A stretch of 64,000 bases of DNA from Phyllosticta citribraziliensis. Its lineage: Eukaryota. The position numbers were made by a program, and so were the translations under genes. Positions 24,726 through 38,075 of the stretch are shown piece by piece; the first letter of the stretch is position 1; each line of letters begins with the position of its first letter. A model generated the notes under the pieces. That model was not told the origin of the DNA. It made no database searches and saw only the letters and a list, made by a program, of their open reading frames with translations. The stretch covers positions 868,001-932,000 of the forward strand of contig NW_027117338.1 in assembly GCF_038025025.1 (NCBI RefSeq), in the 5' to 3' direction.

Positions 24726-25904
24726 ATGCGGCCCGCTCAGCTGCTCGCCGCAGTTGTCACGCTGTCATCCCTTTCCGCCGCTTGGCCATGGCCTCCCAAC
24801 GTCGACGACATCAAGGGAGTCATGGGCATAGAAAACATTCTCTACAGGCGACAAAACAACAACAACAATGACCAGACGTGTGAGTTTTGACCTTTCGACA
24901 TGTCTGCCGTCACTCATGTTACACGTCCCCTTCTCCTGGACCCTGCATGCGCTGCCCTCGCACATGGCCAAATCAAAATCACTTGCTGACACCCAGAACC
25001 CGGGACAGCCTCCTCTAATTCGGCCAAAGAGACGGCCAAAGAAACAACCGACAAGGCCAAGGCAACAACCGACACGGCCTCCAAAACGGCCGCCAAAACC
25101 GACAAAACCGATTCTGCCTCAGGAACCGCTGCAAAAACGACCGGCGGCACCGCTGCCGCGACAACAGGCAAGTCGGCCGCTACCGAGACCGCATCCAAGA
25201 CGGGCAAGCAGACAGGAACCGGCAAGAGCAAGGGCACCGCCACCAGCAAGAAGACGTTCGGCGCCACGGCAGGCTATGGAGGTATTTCCATGATTACGCC
25301 TGCAGCGACCGACCAATCCTCGTTCTACAAGATTGGTGACTGGGTCAGCTTTGCTTGGAACTACACTTCGCTGTCGGTTACGCCCAAGCACATCAATGTC
25401 CTCGCCAGCTGCAGCAAGAACCAGGAAACGTATACTCTCGCATCCAACATGAGCGTCGAAAAGACGGGCATGATCTACTGGGACACGGGCGAGTACCAAA
25501 AGACGGCCACCAAGTCGCTCATAATGGAAACCTACACGCTCATCGTTTACGACGCCGATTCGAGCATTTCGGCAACGGCCGCACCAGGCTATCTCGGCGT
25601 GGCCGACACTTTCTATTTTGGAATGTATCTTCCTCAGGCATACACGCCGCGTTCAGGTAAGTCGAGTCGACCCGATGAAACGCCCAGCCCCGGCCCAGCC
25701 CCTCTCCTCCCCTCCCCTCCTCAACGACGAAACGCATTTTGGTTGGCGTTTCCCGCTAACAAATGAATTACAGAATGGTCATGCGCGGGCTGCTCTGCTG
25801 GAAACCCGTCCCTCGAACGCCAGACTCTCGGATTCCTCTTTGGAAGCTTTGCCATCACGGTGATAACCTTTACGTGGTTCGTCATCGGGGCTGGTGTCGT
25901 ATAA
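24726..25904 (+). CDS. Type I membrane/secretory protein resembling yeast Psg1 (YKL077W); 3 exons
   Basis: Signal peptide MRPAQLLAAVVTLSSLSAA, Kex2-like RR, Thr/Ala/Lys-rich stalk, conserved domain GGISMITP...YKIGDWVSFAWNYTSL...FGMYLPQAYTP, then CxxC and a C-terminal TM. Introns at 24880-25008 and 25657-25773. The Psg1 resemblance is from memory. Confidence 0.8.
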
Positions 25905-27089
25905 GAGCTTGCGGAGCATCAGGAAGCATCGACAGGATCGAAGAATGAAAAAAAAACAAACAACTGCCCACCAAGGCATCTGCGCGCGAAATCTCTCTTC
26001 TTTGCTGATGACTTTGAAAAACTCTCTACCTTTTACCTAATCTGTCGCATCTGGTTTGTTTTGGGCGGATTCTGTCGTCATTGAGAATGCTGGGGCTGGG
26101 CTGGTGGATTGGGCTGCAAGCAGCTGCATACAACCGCCTCTGACAGCAACGACAGCGGGGAAGCGCAATTGACGAATGTCCTTCGTCCGATTTACACGGC
26201 GTGAATTGACAAGAGAGCGCATCGATGGAAAGGAACAGGAGTCGACGCACAGCGAGCGCACAGCTGCTGTGGCTTCACTCAAAAAACGAAGCGTTCTAAG
26301 CGTGTGGCAGAGATCGACGAAGCCTGCTCCAGCGGCCATTGCTGAGAAAAGAGACGAGGGCGGCACCGCTTGTTTTGCCTTTTAAATCCTTCCATGTGTT
26401 TGGACATTTCCCCCTTCTTTCCCTCTCGTTTCTTGTCTCTTTTACTGTCCATCTTTCATCCCTCCTTTTTCCGGTTTTCTGTCTGCAATCATCATCATCA
26501 AAGGAGGAAAGGCGTCTATTTTGGAAGGCTACTACGACAAGGAAAGTAAGGGCTCCAAAGGGAAGCAGGAGTAATGGCGAAAAGGATCGAGGACTCTGCG
26601 AGTTGGGGAGAGAAATGATGAAGAGGCAGAGACCGACTACTGCTACTGCGAGCGAGAAAACAGACGAGAGTCGTGGAGTGCCCTGGACAGGAGCGGAGCG
26701 GAGCAGAGTACGGTATGCATGCATGGCCACGGCGATATATACATCATTTTCCATCATTTCAACTTCTTTACCTTCCAACGCTTGCTTGCTTGCGTGCGTC
26801 ATTCGTGCCATGCCGCTGGCTCAGTCTGTCAATCCGCCCGTGTCCCCCCTTTCCCCGTGTCTTCCTTCCATCACCTCCCCGCATCCATTCAACACTAATG
26901 GTAGAACCAATGTCATCTCGATAATGCAATGCGATTTGTCTCATTCAGGCTAGGCTGTCTACAGAGCCCAGCCGCGCTCCCCTCGCCTCCTCGATAGCAA
27001 CAAAAAGCCAAACGCGCGGGTATCAAACACCACCGACTCACGGTCATCCATCCGTCCACCATTCAAGGTGCTCTTAGTCTCTCCACCCC

Positions 27090-29023
27090 TCATCTCCTCT
27101 TGACCCTCTTCCTCTCCCGCCCCTCAGGCGTCCCCACACGCTCCACGCTCTCCCTCGGCGTGCCTGCCGACGGATCGCGCTCGCCCAACGCCGCCTTGGT
27201 GCCCTCGCGCGGCAGGCGCGCCGCAATCTCGACGACGTCGGCGGGCAGGCAGCGATCCATGACGTCGTCCATGTACTTGCGCACCTCGTCGGCCGGCTTG
27301 ACCCAGCGCCACAGGCAGCCCAGCACGGCCGGGTTGCTGTCGGCGGCGCGGAAGCGCACCGTGATGGGCTGGTAGTACTCCTTGAGCGCCTGGTAGTACG
27401 GGTTGGAGCGCGCCAGCGTGTTCATGGCGGCCAGGTCGATCTTTTGCACCTTGAGAAAGGACGCGAGTACTTGGTTGCCTGGCAATGCTTCGAGGATTGT
27501 TTCGCGCGGGAAGAGCAGCCGGTCGCCGTTGGTGTTGAAGTCGATACAGAGGGCGCGATAGGTTATTTGAGGAGGCGGAGGCGGTTGGACTGGCTGAGGT
27601 GGTGGTTGCGGGTGGGGTTGCGGGTGCTGGTGCGGCTGTGGTGGCCGTTGCTGCTGGTGCTGTTGGTGCTGCGGTGGCGGCGGGGCAGGTGATTTTGTTG
27701 GAGCTGTCACCGCTGATGATGGTTGAGGCGGCGGGTAGTGGCCAAAAGGAGAAGGCTGCGGAGGAGGCGTATAGAATGTCATTGGCGGTTGTTGGGGCAT
27801 ATTTGACGGAGCTGACGCTGAAGGCGTCGGCTTTGCGGGAGTAGGTGTACCCGTTGATGCTATCGAAGGAGTCCCTTGAGGCGGAGCATTCCCAGGTCGC
27901 GGAGGGACTGGGGTCTGTTGAGCTGGAGTAACAGGTGGTGTTGCGCTGGCAACATGAGCTGGGACTGATGGCCTGGTGGTTGGAGGCGGCGGTTGTGCCT
28001 TTTGCGCCTGAGCTTGAGCCTGAGCCTTCTTTTGTGCCTCCAGCCGCTCATTCAACTCCGTAATATGACCCTGGAAATACTCCAGTTGCTCCTTTGTCGC
28101 GTCGCCTCTCGCGACAATCTTCATCACATCTCTTAGCTTGTAATTTGTATTTGCTCGTTCCGCAAGCATGTGGATGACCGGATCGGGCGCAGGTTTGGGC
28201 GCGGGAGTAGCGACCTCAGCTGCAGGAGGCCGAGTCGGAGTAGGACGAGCAGGCGGCGGAGGCTGCGGTGGTCTGCTGGGTGTCTGTTTCGGGGGAGGTG
28301 GCGGATGTTTTGGCGCGGCGTTGGGTGACTGATAACTGTATGGATGAGAGGCAGCGTACCCGCCATGGTATTGCGCATGGTTTCCATAGGTCACTGGCTG
28401 ATGTACCGGTGGCTTTGGCTTTGGCGGCGGAGGTACCGTATTTTCCCTCATCGTCCAGATAGTTATATCCCATTGATGCGGATCAATGTAAAGCTTGCAG
28501 TTGCCTTCTCTCTTCATCTGTTTCGCCTTCACCGAATCCTTCTCGTCGGCCTCATTCTCCCCCTTGTCTTTGTCTTTCCCCTTTTCCTTTTCCCTTTCCT
28601 TGTGGCCTGGCAGCCTCTTCTTACCAGCCTTACTGTAGTATAGCTCGAAGATTCCCGGAGTCATCCATTTCTGTCGCGATCTCTCGAGTGCTGCTTTCAA
28701 AACGCCACTGGACTCGCAGATTAGTTCGTGGTTGAGCATGAACACACATGGACTACACACCTTTCGGTGACCGTTTGCCATTCCGAGTCCGGCAAGTCTG
28801 GGGGTTGGGGTTCCTTGAGCTCAGGAATAGGATGTCCAGGCGCAAGTTTTGTCGGAAGCGGAGGAGGTGCTGGGGTCGCTGATTTCGCAGGCTGAACCGT
28901 CTTTTCCTTGGCCGGGGTGTGCTTTCTCTTGTCCTTGTTGGGCGCTTGCTTTGGCGGCGTGGGTTCAGGCGGAGGATCTGGTTTCTGGTTGCGGGTGGAT
29001 TTTCTACGCGGTTCTGGTTGCAT
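27090..29023 (-). CDS. SWC3: SWR1 complex subunit Swc3-like protein; 2 exons
   Basis: WQTVTESGVLKAALERSRQKWMTPGIFELYY (across intron 28708-28760), PDPVIHMLAERA...VMKIVARGDATKEQLEYFQGHI, YYQPITVRF, VKPADEVRKYMDDVM. Confidence 0.75.
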
Positions 29024-29688
29024 TTTCGCGATGAGACGGGAGATGGAAGGATCGCGGTTGGACGACTGCGGCCGTGGACATGAAGAATCGATATTTGAAC
29101 GTGGAGCGCCTCAGGTTATAGCGGCATCACAGGAGAGATGGAAAACTAGACGAAGCGAGTGTCGCGTCCGAAAGCGCGTCATGTTGGGTGGAAGAGAGGG
29201 AGAGGGCCAAAAGAAGTTGCCGCGGCGGAAAACGAAGCGGAAGTGGCGCCAAGCCAAGCTGGAGCTCATCCGCTGATCTCTCCCAATCACCCACCCAGAT
29301 AACACATCAATTTGCTCTCTCCTTGCATTCACTGGAACTCGTCCGTAATTTCTGCGTCTGTATAATACTCCCGTTCCTCTCCTAGGCTTGAGATTTTGAT
29401 GGAGCGCTAGAAGCCCTGGATCAGCGTGTGTACGGTATTTGGCTGCGTTACTCCAGAGGAAACTAAAAGTTGGTCCGGGGAAGACGATAAGTCGGTGTAC
29501 GTACTCTATTTGCCTTCTCTTCATTTTGAAAGGTCTTCCCTACAGTCATGCCTAGTTGGGGGCTCATATTTCCACATGATTACGAAAGATCGCCTCATCT
29601 AGGCACCTACTTTTCCCACTTTTGGTTCTCCCTGCCACTAGTCGTATCTACGCAGTGCCAAAGACTGATTCTCAATTTGCAGCAGATC

Positions 29689-31283
29689 ATGGTGGCCTAT
29701 AAACCGATTCTCAAAGTGGGCTACTTTGGCCTCGCGGCCGTTGGAGCAGCTTATGCCATTTTTGTCTACTGCTTGACCAACCAACATCTACAAAGACAGT
29801 ATGTTGACACCAAGTTCCGCTCAAACATAGACTCTAACAAGCTTGCAGTGCCCTTTACGCCCACAAGATTGTAAATGCCTGGTGGGCAGATCCGTATAAA
29901 CCGCAATCCTTCGGGTTCGCCAGTGCGTCCTAGAAATGTCCAGCGTCAACCCAGCTTGCGCTGACTGAATTTCCAGAAAACCAAGTTACGCCGTTCAACA
30001 TCACTACACCAGACAACGAGACGCTCTTTGCATGGCACGTACTACCCTTCAACGTGTACGAGAAGCATGAAGATGAGCTCCTGGACGAGCCTGTTGGCCC
30101 CGTCAACGACCGATTCCCGCAGACCAAGGCTTTCAAGCTCCTGACCGAAGACCCCAAAGCTCGCCTCGTCATCAACTGTAAGACATGACCTCTCTTGTAC
30201 GAATCACTCTCTAACACATTACAGTCCACGGCGTAAGTGTCCCCTGATGCGACAAGCACATTCCCCTTCCGCATCCCCTATCCTCAAACTAACCACCATG
30301 ACCACATGCACAGAACGCCGGCAACATCGCCCAAGGCTGGCGCACCAGCACCTACCGCAGCCTCACGACACTGCCCAACGTGCATGTCCTGACGCTCGAC
30401 TACCGCGGCTTCGGCCACAGCACAGGATCCCCGAGCGAAGCCGGCCTCATCACAGACGGCGCCGCGCTCGTCGCTTTCGCCCTCGAGACTCTACGAATCC
30501 CGCCCGCTCGCATCGTCATCCTGGGACAGTCTCTCGGCACCGCCGTCGCGACCGCCGTCGGATTGCAGTTCACCGCGCCCGAGGCGGGCCTGGCGTTGTT
30601 GCCGCAGCGCGGACAGGACGACGACTTTGGAGACGCTCTCAAGGAGAGACTGCGCGCGTTGAGTCCGGTGGCAAGCGGCGCGCATTTCGCCGGCGTCGTG
30701 CTCGCGGCGCCATTCACCAGTCTGCCCGTCCTCGTCGACACATACCGCATCTTTGGTATCGTGCCCATTCTTTCGCCGATGCGGCAGTACCCTCGCATAC
30801 AAAACTGGCTGCGCTCGCACATTGTCGACGAGTGGAACACTCAGGGCCGGATTGAGGCGTTGGTGCGCGAGTCTGCTACTAACGCCGATGATAAAAACGG
30901 TCGTCAGGGGAAAGCCGGGTTGCATTTGCACATCGTCCATGCCAAGAACGATTTCGAGATCCCGTGGAAGCATGGACAACAGCTGTGGGAGACGGCGAGC
31001 GAGAAGTTGATCGAAGTGGGTGGCGGCGAGCAAGCAGTCAAGGTCGTAGAGCGGCGACTTGAAGCGGATGAGGGGAGGTCGGGCGTGATGAGGAGGGTGG
31101 CGGATGGGTCGGGTAACGACGTGAGGTTGGATTTGGTGCCGTATGGAGGTGAGCTCCCTTTCTTTTGCGTTGCTATTTTTTGCAAGTGCTAAACCGAACG
31201 TAGGTCACAACCGTGTCGTCACTTTTGCAACAGTCACTTTGGCTGTTCAGCGAGCCTTTGATGCCGCGGAGGCTCTGGTTTAA
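29689..31283 (+). CDS. ABHD12-like alpha/beta hydrolase (lipase); 6 exons including an 8-nt microexon
   Basis: N-terminal TM, FHGNAG (assembled across microexon 30225-30232), DYRGFGHSTGSPSEAGL, GQSLG nucleophile, HAKND, GGHN. Introns at 29799-29848, 29923-29976, 30178-30224, 30233-30313 and 31149-31203. Confidence 0.88.
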
Positions 31284-31522
31284 GTTGGAGTCTTTCACTG
31301 CATTAGAGGAGATGGATCTTTAGACAGAAGAGAGGAGTGTGGTATCGCTTTTCCCGTTTTCACCCTAGACAACATGTATAAATGTACAATAGAAACCAGT
31401 CCCAATCGCCCAAAAACAATGGTGGATCTATATTTCAGATCCGTCTAAATGCAGTCCTCGCTGTATGCGATGCGCAACATGTCTATCATTGTAGATCATT
31501 GTACAAGCCGACGGTCTCTCGT

Positions 31523-34098
31523 CTATTTGTGCCTGTCGGCCTGGGCCTTTTCGTACTTTGAGATCAAATCCTTTTGAAGCTGCATGGGCGCAGGGGCGTA
31601 ATGGCTGAACTCCATAGAGAATTCGCCCTTGCCCTGAGTTGCCGCGCGCAGCAGCGACGAGAAACCAAACATGCCGTGAAGGCTGCAGTCGGCCTGGAGC
31701 TGGAAGTCGTCGGCACCAATGTCGGTGTCGATGATGTTGGCGCTTCTCTTGTTGAGCAGGCCGACGACGTTGCCCTGGAACTCGACTGGTGCGGAAATCG
31801 ACGTCTTCATGACGGGCTCCAAGATTTGCGGGCGGCCCTGCATCATTGACTTGCGGAAAGCTTGCTGCACAGCCGTACGGAAAGCGTGCTCGGAAGAATC
31901 GACAGCGTGGGTGGCACCGTCTTCAATGACCATGGTGGTTCCGAGTACGCGGTGCCCAACGAGGGGACCCTTTTCGCAGGCGTCGTTGAAACCCTTTTCA
32001 CAAGCAAACAGGTACTTTTCATCAATGGTACCACCAACGACGCGCTGTTCAAACTCGTTCTTGTCGTAGCTGCCGCAGGGCTCCATGTATCCGATGACAC
32101 GGGCGTAGTCACCAGCACCACCAGTTTGTCTCTTGAGGGTGTGGTCAAATTTGACCGTCTCGCTAATGGTCTCGCGGAACGCGACCTGAGGCTGTCCAAC
32201 GACACAGTCGACCTTGTACTCACGGCGCATGCGTTCGACGTAAATGTCCAAGTGGAGTTCTCCCATACCGGAGATGATGGTTTGCTGCGACTCGGTGTCG
32301 ACGTGAACGCGGAAGGTGGGATCCTCGCGCTGGAAACGGTTCATGGCCTTGGAGAATTGGGTGCCGTCCTTGGAGTTCTTGGGGGAAATCGAGAGTGAGA
32401 TGACAGGTTCGGGGACGAACATCGAGGACTGTCGGAATTAGCACAAGAAAAGGCACCAAATAACGTGTCTCTTACCATAGAGTACTTGACCTTGCCGTCA
32501 GTGAAGGTGTCTCCAGATGCGCAGTCCACGCCAAAGACGGCGCAGATTTCACCTGCACCAATCTCTTGCACTTCCTCCATCTCGTTGGAGTGCATGCGGA
32601 CGATCCTGGGAACCTTGATCTTCTTTTCCGACTTTGCGTTGTAGACGAACATGCCCTTCTTCAGAGTGCCCTGGTAGACACGGATGTACGTCAACTGTCC
32701 ATAGGGACTCTCCTCCAGCTTGAAAGCCAGGCCGCAGAAGGGCAGAGAATTGTACGAAACCATCTTGACAGGAGCTTCGGCGCGCTTCCGGTCCAAAGCC
32801 ATGTTGGTGACTTCGGCAGGGTTGGGCAAGTAGTCGATGACGGCATCGAGCATAGGCTGGACAGACTTGTCGGCGAGAGCAGAGCCCATCATGACGGGGG
32901 TAAACTTGAGGCCGATTGTGGCGCGGCGGATGGCAGCCTTCATCTGATCCTGGGTAGGCTCCTCGCCCTCCAGGAAGAGATCCGCAATCTCTTCGTCTAC
33001 ATCAGCGAGCGTCTCAATCAGCTTCGCGCGTCTTTCCTGGGCAACAGGAAGAACGTCGGCAGGGATCTCGTCCGTCTCCCGAATGATTTCGCCATTTTCT
33101 CCATCGTTGTATATGGCCTTCATGCGGATCAAATCTACAACACCCTGGAACTCGTCCTCGGCGCCAATGGGAACCTGAATCGCAGCAGCAGGTATTTTGA
33201 GCTTGTAGCTGATTTGGTCGACAGCCTTGAATGGATTGGCTCCCATGCGATCCATTTTGTTGATGAAGGAAATCCTGGGCACATTGTAGCGACGCATCTG
33301 CCTGTCGACCGTGATGGTCTGCGACTGGACACCGGAGACGGCACAGAGAATCATGACTGCGCCGTCCAGAACGCGCAGCGCACGCTCGACCTCGATTGTG
33401 AAATCAATGTGACCGGGGGTGTCGATCAAGTTGATGTGGTACTTTTGATCCTGGCCTTCCTTGTCCTTTTTCACCCAGTCACAGAAAGTCGCAGCGGACT
33501 GGATGGTGATGCCCTTTTCGCGCTCCAGGTCCATCGAGTCCATCTTGGCGCCGACGGCATCCTTGCCGCGAACTTCGTGGATTGCCTTGATTCTGCCCGT
33601 GTAGAACAGCACACGCTCCGTGGCTGTAGTCTTGCCGGAATCGATGTGCGCCTAAGAGATTGTTAGCTGATGTGGCACAGCTGCTAACCAGCCGATCGGC
33701 TTTCCTAGGATACGCACAGCGATACCAATGTTTCTCACTTTGTCCAAGCGGGCATGCTCTTTCGGATCGAGGTTTTCGAGAATCGCTTCCTGGCTAAGTT
33801 GAGACGGGTCATGGAGCGCGGCTTCCAATCTGCAAGACCGTTAGCTTCGATACAGCACGAGATCGATTGTGGGTACTCACACTTGAGCGGCAGCTCCAGA
33901 CTGCCACCTCCTGGGTGACCATAGTCTCGAGCCTGGTGTCTGGGTCACTCCAAGTCGCGCCGGAGCTGGACGAAGCACGGCAGTGGATGCGCACCGTGTC
34001 TGAAGAAGTTGGGACTGGCGGCAGCCACTGCGTGCTCCGGAGGCCAGAGAGCGTGCCGTCGCCGAGGCTTGCGTCCTGATCAAACCGGTAGCCCTCAT
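31523..34098 (-). CDS. MEF1: Mitochondrial translation elongation factor G1; 4 exons
   Basis: Presequence, [61 protein letters not shown]. Three short GT-AG introns. Confidence 0.96.
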
Positions 34099-34442
34099 CT
34101 TGACTCCAACCCTCTGCGGCGAAAAAGACGAAAGGATGGCGGGAGATGGATGCGGAGATCGGCCGGGAGCATTGACCGCGACGGGGAACTTTTTTATGGC
34201 GCGCGGCATTGGATGGCGGCGGCGGCGCCCAACCAACCAACACGGCGGCGGACAGCGACGAGCGAACCGCAATTTTACCGGCACATCAACAATGTACATG
34301 TAACTAAGTCGGTCTCCATCGTTGTAGCAGTTGAATATTGGAAGTGTGACTGTTCACGATATAGATGCTGTCCCTAATGCAAATTGTACATCTCATGACT
34401 CCGCAAATGCACACGCATCGCTCTTCCGCATAAAGAGCAAAA

Positions 34443-36150
34443 CTAGAGCATGACAACACCAACCCCACCCATGTGCTTTCCTGACGCCACGTTCTTCTCA
34501 TCAGTACCCCCAAGAAGAGGTGCCGTGCGGTAGTTGTACAAGTAATAATGCAGCTGTCCATCTCCAGCCCCAAACTTTTGCTCCTCCAAGAAGAGCGGGT
34601 TGTCGAGGAGGGTGAGGGCGTTGAGCACGTCAAATTTGGCCTATCGCAGGTTAGTCAATGCAAGAAATCACCATGCCATCTCCACTTACTTTTTTGGCCA
34701 GAATGAGGCAGTCCTTCATCAACTCATTCAGCCTAACCTTTAGCTCCTTCTCACCACCCGTGAAAGCCGTCTCCGTGGCGTAGTAGTAGAGGTACGCAGC
34801 CCTCACGGTGCGGTTTGCCTTGTCCTGGATGATTGTTGACTCGAGGCAGTAAAAGGAGAAAAAGTCGGTGATTTTGCCGCTCGAGGGATCCTCGACCACA
34901 TACGACCAGACAACTTGCTCATTCGCGCCGTCCTCTTTGTGGAGAAGCCAATGCTCAACCTCTTCTTTGCTGAACTCTTGGGCCATTTGACTGCGCTGGA
35001 GATACCGAGTGAGGAGGTCTTGTACACCTTCGACATCCTTGAGCTGCATGGGGCGAAGCCCATTGGTAGCCGTTCTCTCCGGAAGCTTGTACTTGAGAAC
35101 CTGCCGCTGCTTGGTTGATCCGCGAGGCAGAGGCGAGAATCCAACTTCATAAAGCTTCTCCCAGTCAATGCTCCGGTGATAATAGCGACAAGTGGCCACT
35201 GGAGTCGGGAGGATGACACCAGCGGTGTAGATGGCCTGGTAAATGCCGTTGAGGTAGCACCTGCGGGTGATTTCCTTGATCAAAGTGGGAGCCAGGCGCT
35301 TTGAGCGGAGTTTCTTGTGGACGCAAAGGAAGTTGATCTCGATGCTGTTGACTGTCTTGCTGCGGACACGGAGTCGGACAGGAACGCCGGAAATGAATGC
35401 GACGAGTTTGCGGGACTGCGTGGCGCGTACGCCTACGTGCCAAATGTCACGCCAGCCCGGTGCCTTCAATGCCCAGTTCAAAAAGGAAGCCGAATAATTG
35501 AACCGGAACATGGCCTCGCCGTCCTCTACGTAGTGGTGCGACAGGAGCTCATAGACCTCCTGCAGCTCCGTGGCATCTTGCAGGTTCATGGTGACCCATT
35601 CGAATCCCTCGACCATTGGAGCAGGCTCTTTGGACACCTTGTCTACGTCAATCATCTTGATTGGACCATCTTCCGCCAGCTTGCCCTTTTCTTCGAAGCT
35701 GGGCACAGGCTGCGTCTGCCAGAATTTGTAACTCGACATGTCCTTCTTGTTGTTGCTGGTGGAAAGGCCAGTCAAAATGTCCGCCAAGCTCAGGTTCTTC
35801 AACATGTCGTTGATTTGTGCGTCGCTCATGCCGCTGACATCGGATTTGAGGGCAGGGTTCATGGCCAGTAGTGCTTCCAGCTGTTCTCTGTTCACTGCTG
35901 GCTTGGAGGAACTTGATGATGCTTCGGCGCTGGAGCTTCCCGTCAATGCCTCCTTAAGCTTCTTCTTCTTGCTCTTCTTCTTCTTCTTCTTTGCTTCGGG
36001 TGCGGCCGTGCTGTCTGCTGCCCCATCGTGCCCCTCGTCGGCTGAGGATTGTTCTTCGTGCTCGTCGTTCGCGTTGGTGGTTTCGGCGACAGCCTCTGCT
36101 GCGGCCTCGGCTGCGGCCGTGTTGTCGACCGGTCTCGACTCGCTCGACAT
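34443..36150 (-). CDS. NMT1: Glycylpeptide N-myristoyltransferase; 2 exons
   Basis: [33 protein letters not shown]. The last exon carries FDVLNAL...[16 protein letters not shown]...GVVML. Confidence 0.96.
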
Positions 36151-36659
36151 GTTGGGTGTCGAGATAGTGGGCAGAGGGCGTGGTTGATCGAGGTGACGGT
36201 GAGGTGGTAAAGGCACGCGGGGTGGTGGGGCTACGAGCGCTTCTCAACCACGCAACCCGGCAGGTATGCGTCGATGAGAGGAGGTGGTCCGAGCTTTTTC
36301 AAGGCAGTCCGAGTGCGTGTTTACAAGTCAGCTTCTTCTGAAGTCCGCTTCTTCCTAATCGTTGTTGGCTTCATAAGAGCTAGGCAAGTCATGATTTTGA
36401 AGACCACAGTCGCTAGTGTTCAATCCTCTGCATGATACAAAGAGATTGTTGATTCAAATACTATCGCTGTACCAGTGTCCTCCTGCAGGAGAGCTCCAAA
36501 TTTATTTCCAAGTGCCCAAAAAGATCTGTTGGAATCGTCGACCAATACCAATCGCCAGGGCCAAGTCGTCGACCTCGTGAAAACATTATCCAGGGTATCC
36601 ACCGCAAACTAAACGCCTTCCGTCGTCACTACATACAGGTACCGAGCTGAAGACTTCCA

Positions 36660-38075
36660 TCAAGTCTCCGGCTCAGTCCTCTCCGTGATGCCACTTATTC
36701 GCTGTAAAGGCCTTTCATCTACAGGTGTTGTCGCCGTTACATGAATGCTGGGGAGTCTTTCCACAGGAGGCAATTGAGGAACTCGAGGTTCTACTGGGCT
36801 CGTGTATGGAGGTGGCTCTTCCCACCCAGATTCTTCATAACGGGGAGCTTCAGGTCCTGGGATCCTGGCACTGCCGAGGTCAACTTCAGAGGTCGGTGCC
36901 AACGTAAGTCTCGAACCGGACGGAGAGCGGGAACGGGTGAGAGTGACAGTCTCAACAGATTCGCTGGGACCGGGTGCAAGACTGTCGCTTCGCATGGTGT
37001 CTGCCGTGGGCCAAATATCGAGTGACGCAGCCGTAGAGTTGGACAAGACAGAGGTGGAGGACATGTCGCGGTGATGAGTGATTCTCCCGCTCGAGGGCTG
37101 GCTGGCACCGAAAGAAGAAGCGCCGTCGAGTAGAGGTCGATTGTCCGATTCCGCCGAATTCGCCCTGATTCGAGTACCATCATGACGCGCAACTCCGACT
37201 TCAGCGTATTGTACGGATGAGACCCGTCGTTCGCGTTGTGAAGTTGCACTTTGATGCTCTGTGATGAGGTTTGCTGACAAAAGCCCGCCGTTTTCTTGAC
37301 GCTCTCGAGTCTCCCGGCGTAATCTCGCAACAGTCTCGAGATCACCTCTCTCGCGAGCTTCCCGCCTAACACGTCTCCGCTCCTCCCGTTCCGCTTGCTC
37401 AGCGCGTCGTGCCACGCGAATCTGATACAGAGACTCCATCTCCTCTTCCCGCCGCAGCTCCTCTTCGTCCACGGTTTCCGGGTGTTCGACAACAACATCG
37501 ATGCCAGCTCGGTCGCCTTCGCGACCAAGTATCCTTTCGTTTTCGCGGGCAGCAGCCGAATAAGCAGGTAGCGTCATGACGCTCCTGATGGATGTGTTTC
37601 TGTTGATGTCGGCCGAAGCTTCCACGTCGGCTGGCGATTCTGTGGTTGCTCCCGACATTTCTCGGCTATGAAGGGAGCTCTGAGGCCCTCGACGATATTC
37701 GGTGTCTTCGTTTTGAAGTTGGACCGTATATTTGCCCTTGTTCTTGCGCGGATTCCATTGCTGCAGTTTGCGCTTCAAGAAGTTACCTCGCGCGGACTTG
37801 TGCGCAGGCATCGAGTTTTTGCGGAGTACGCGGAGGCGTAAGTAGATACCAACGGCGATGGCGAGGAACAAGATGATCACGACACCGGCCTAGACATGTC
37901 AGGGTCAACGCGAGCGAGAAGGCGCCAGAGCAAGGAGACTTACGACAACCAATGCGCGCCAATCCGTCCCTGATGAATCCTTGTCATGATTAGGTTGATC
38001 GTTTTGATTGTTTTGAGGTGGATCTTGTCGCGGGAGTATCACGGATCGCCGCTTTGTGTTGACGGGCAGCCACAT
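36660..38075 (-). CDS. Single-pass membrane protein with a cytosolic coiled-coil/low-complexity tail and PY motifs; 2 exons
   Basis: ATG at 38075 (MWLPVNTKRR...DWRALVV) spliced via intron 37890-37943 to AGVVIILFLAIAVGIY (TM). Contains SIRSVMTLPAY, EMESLYQIR and EEPPPY. Confidence 0.8.
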
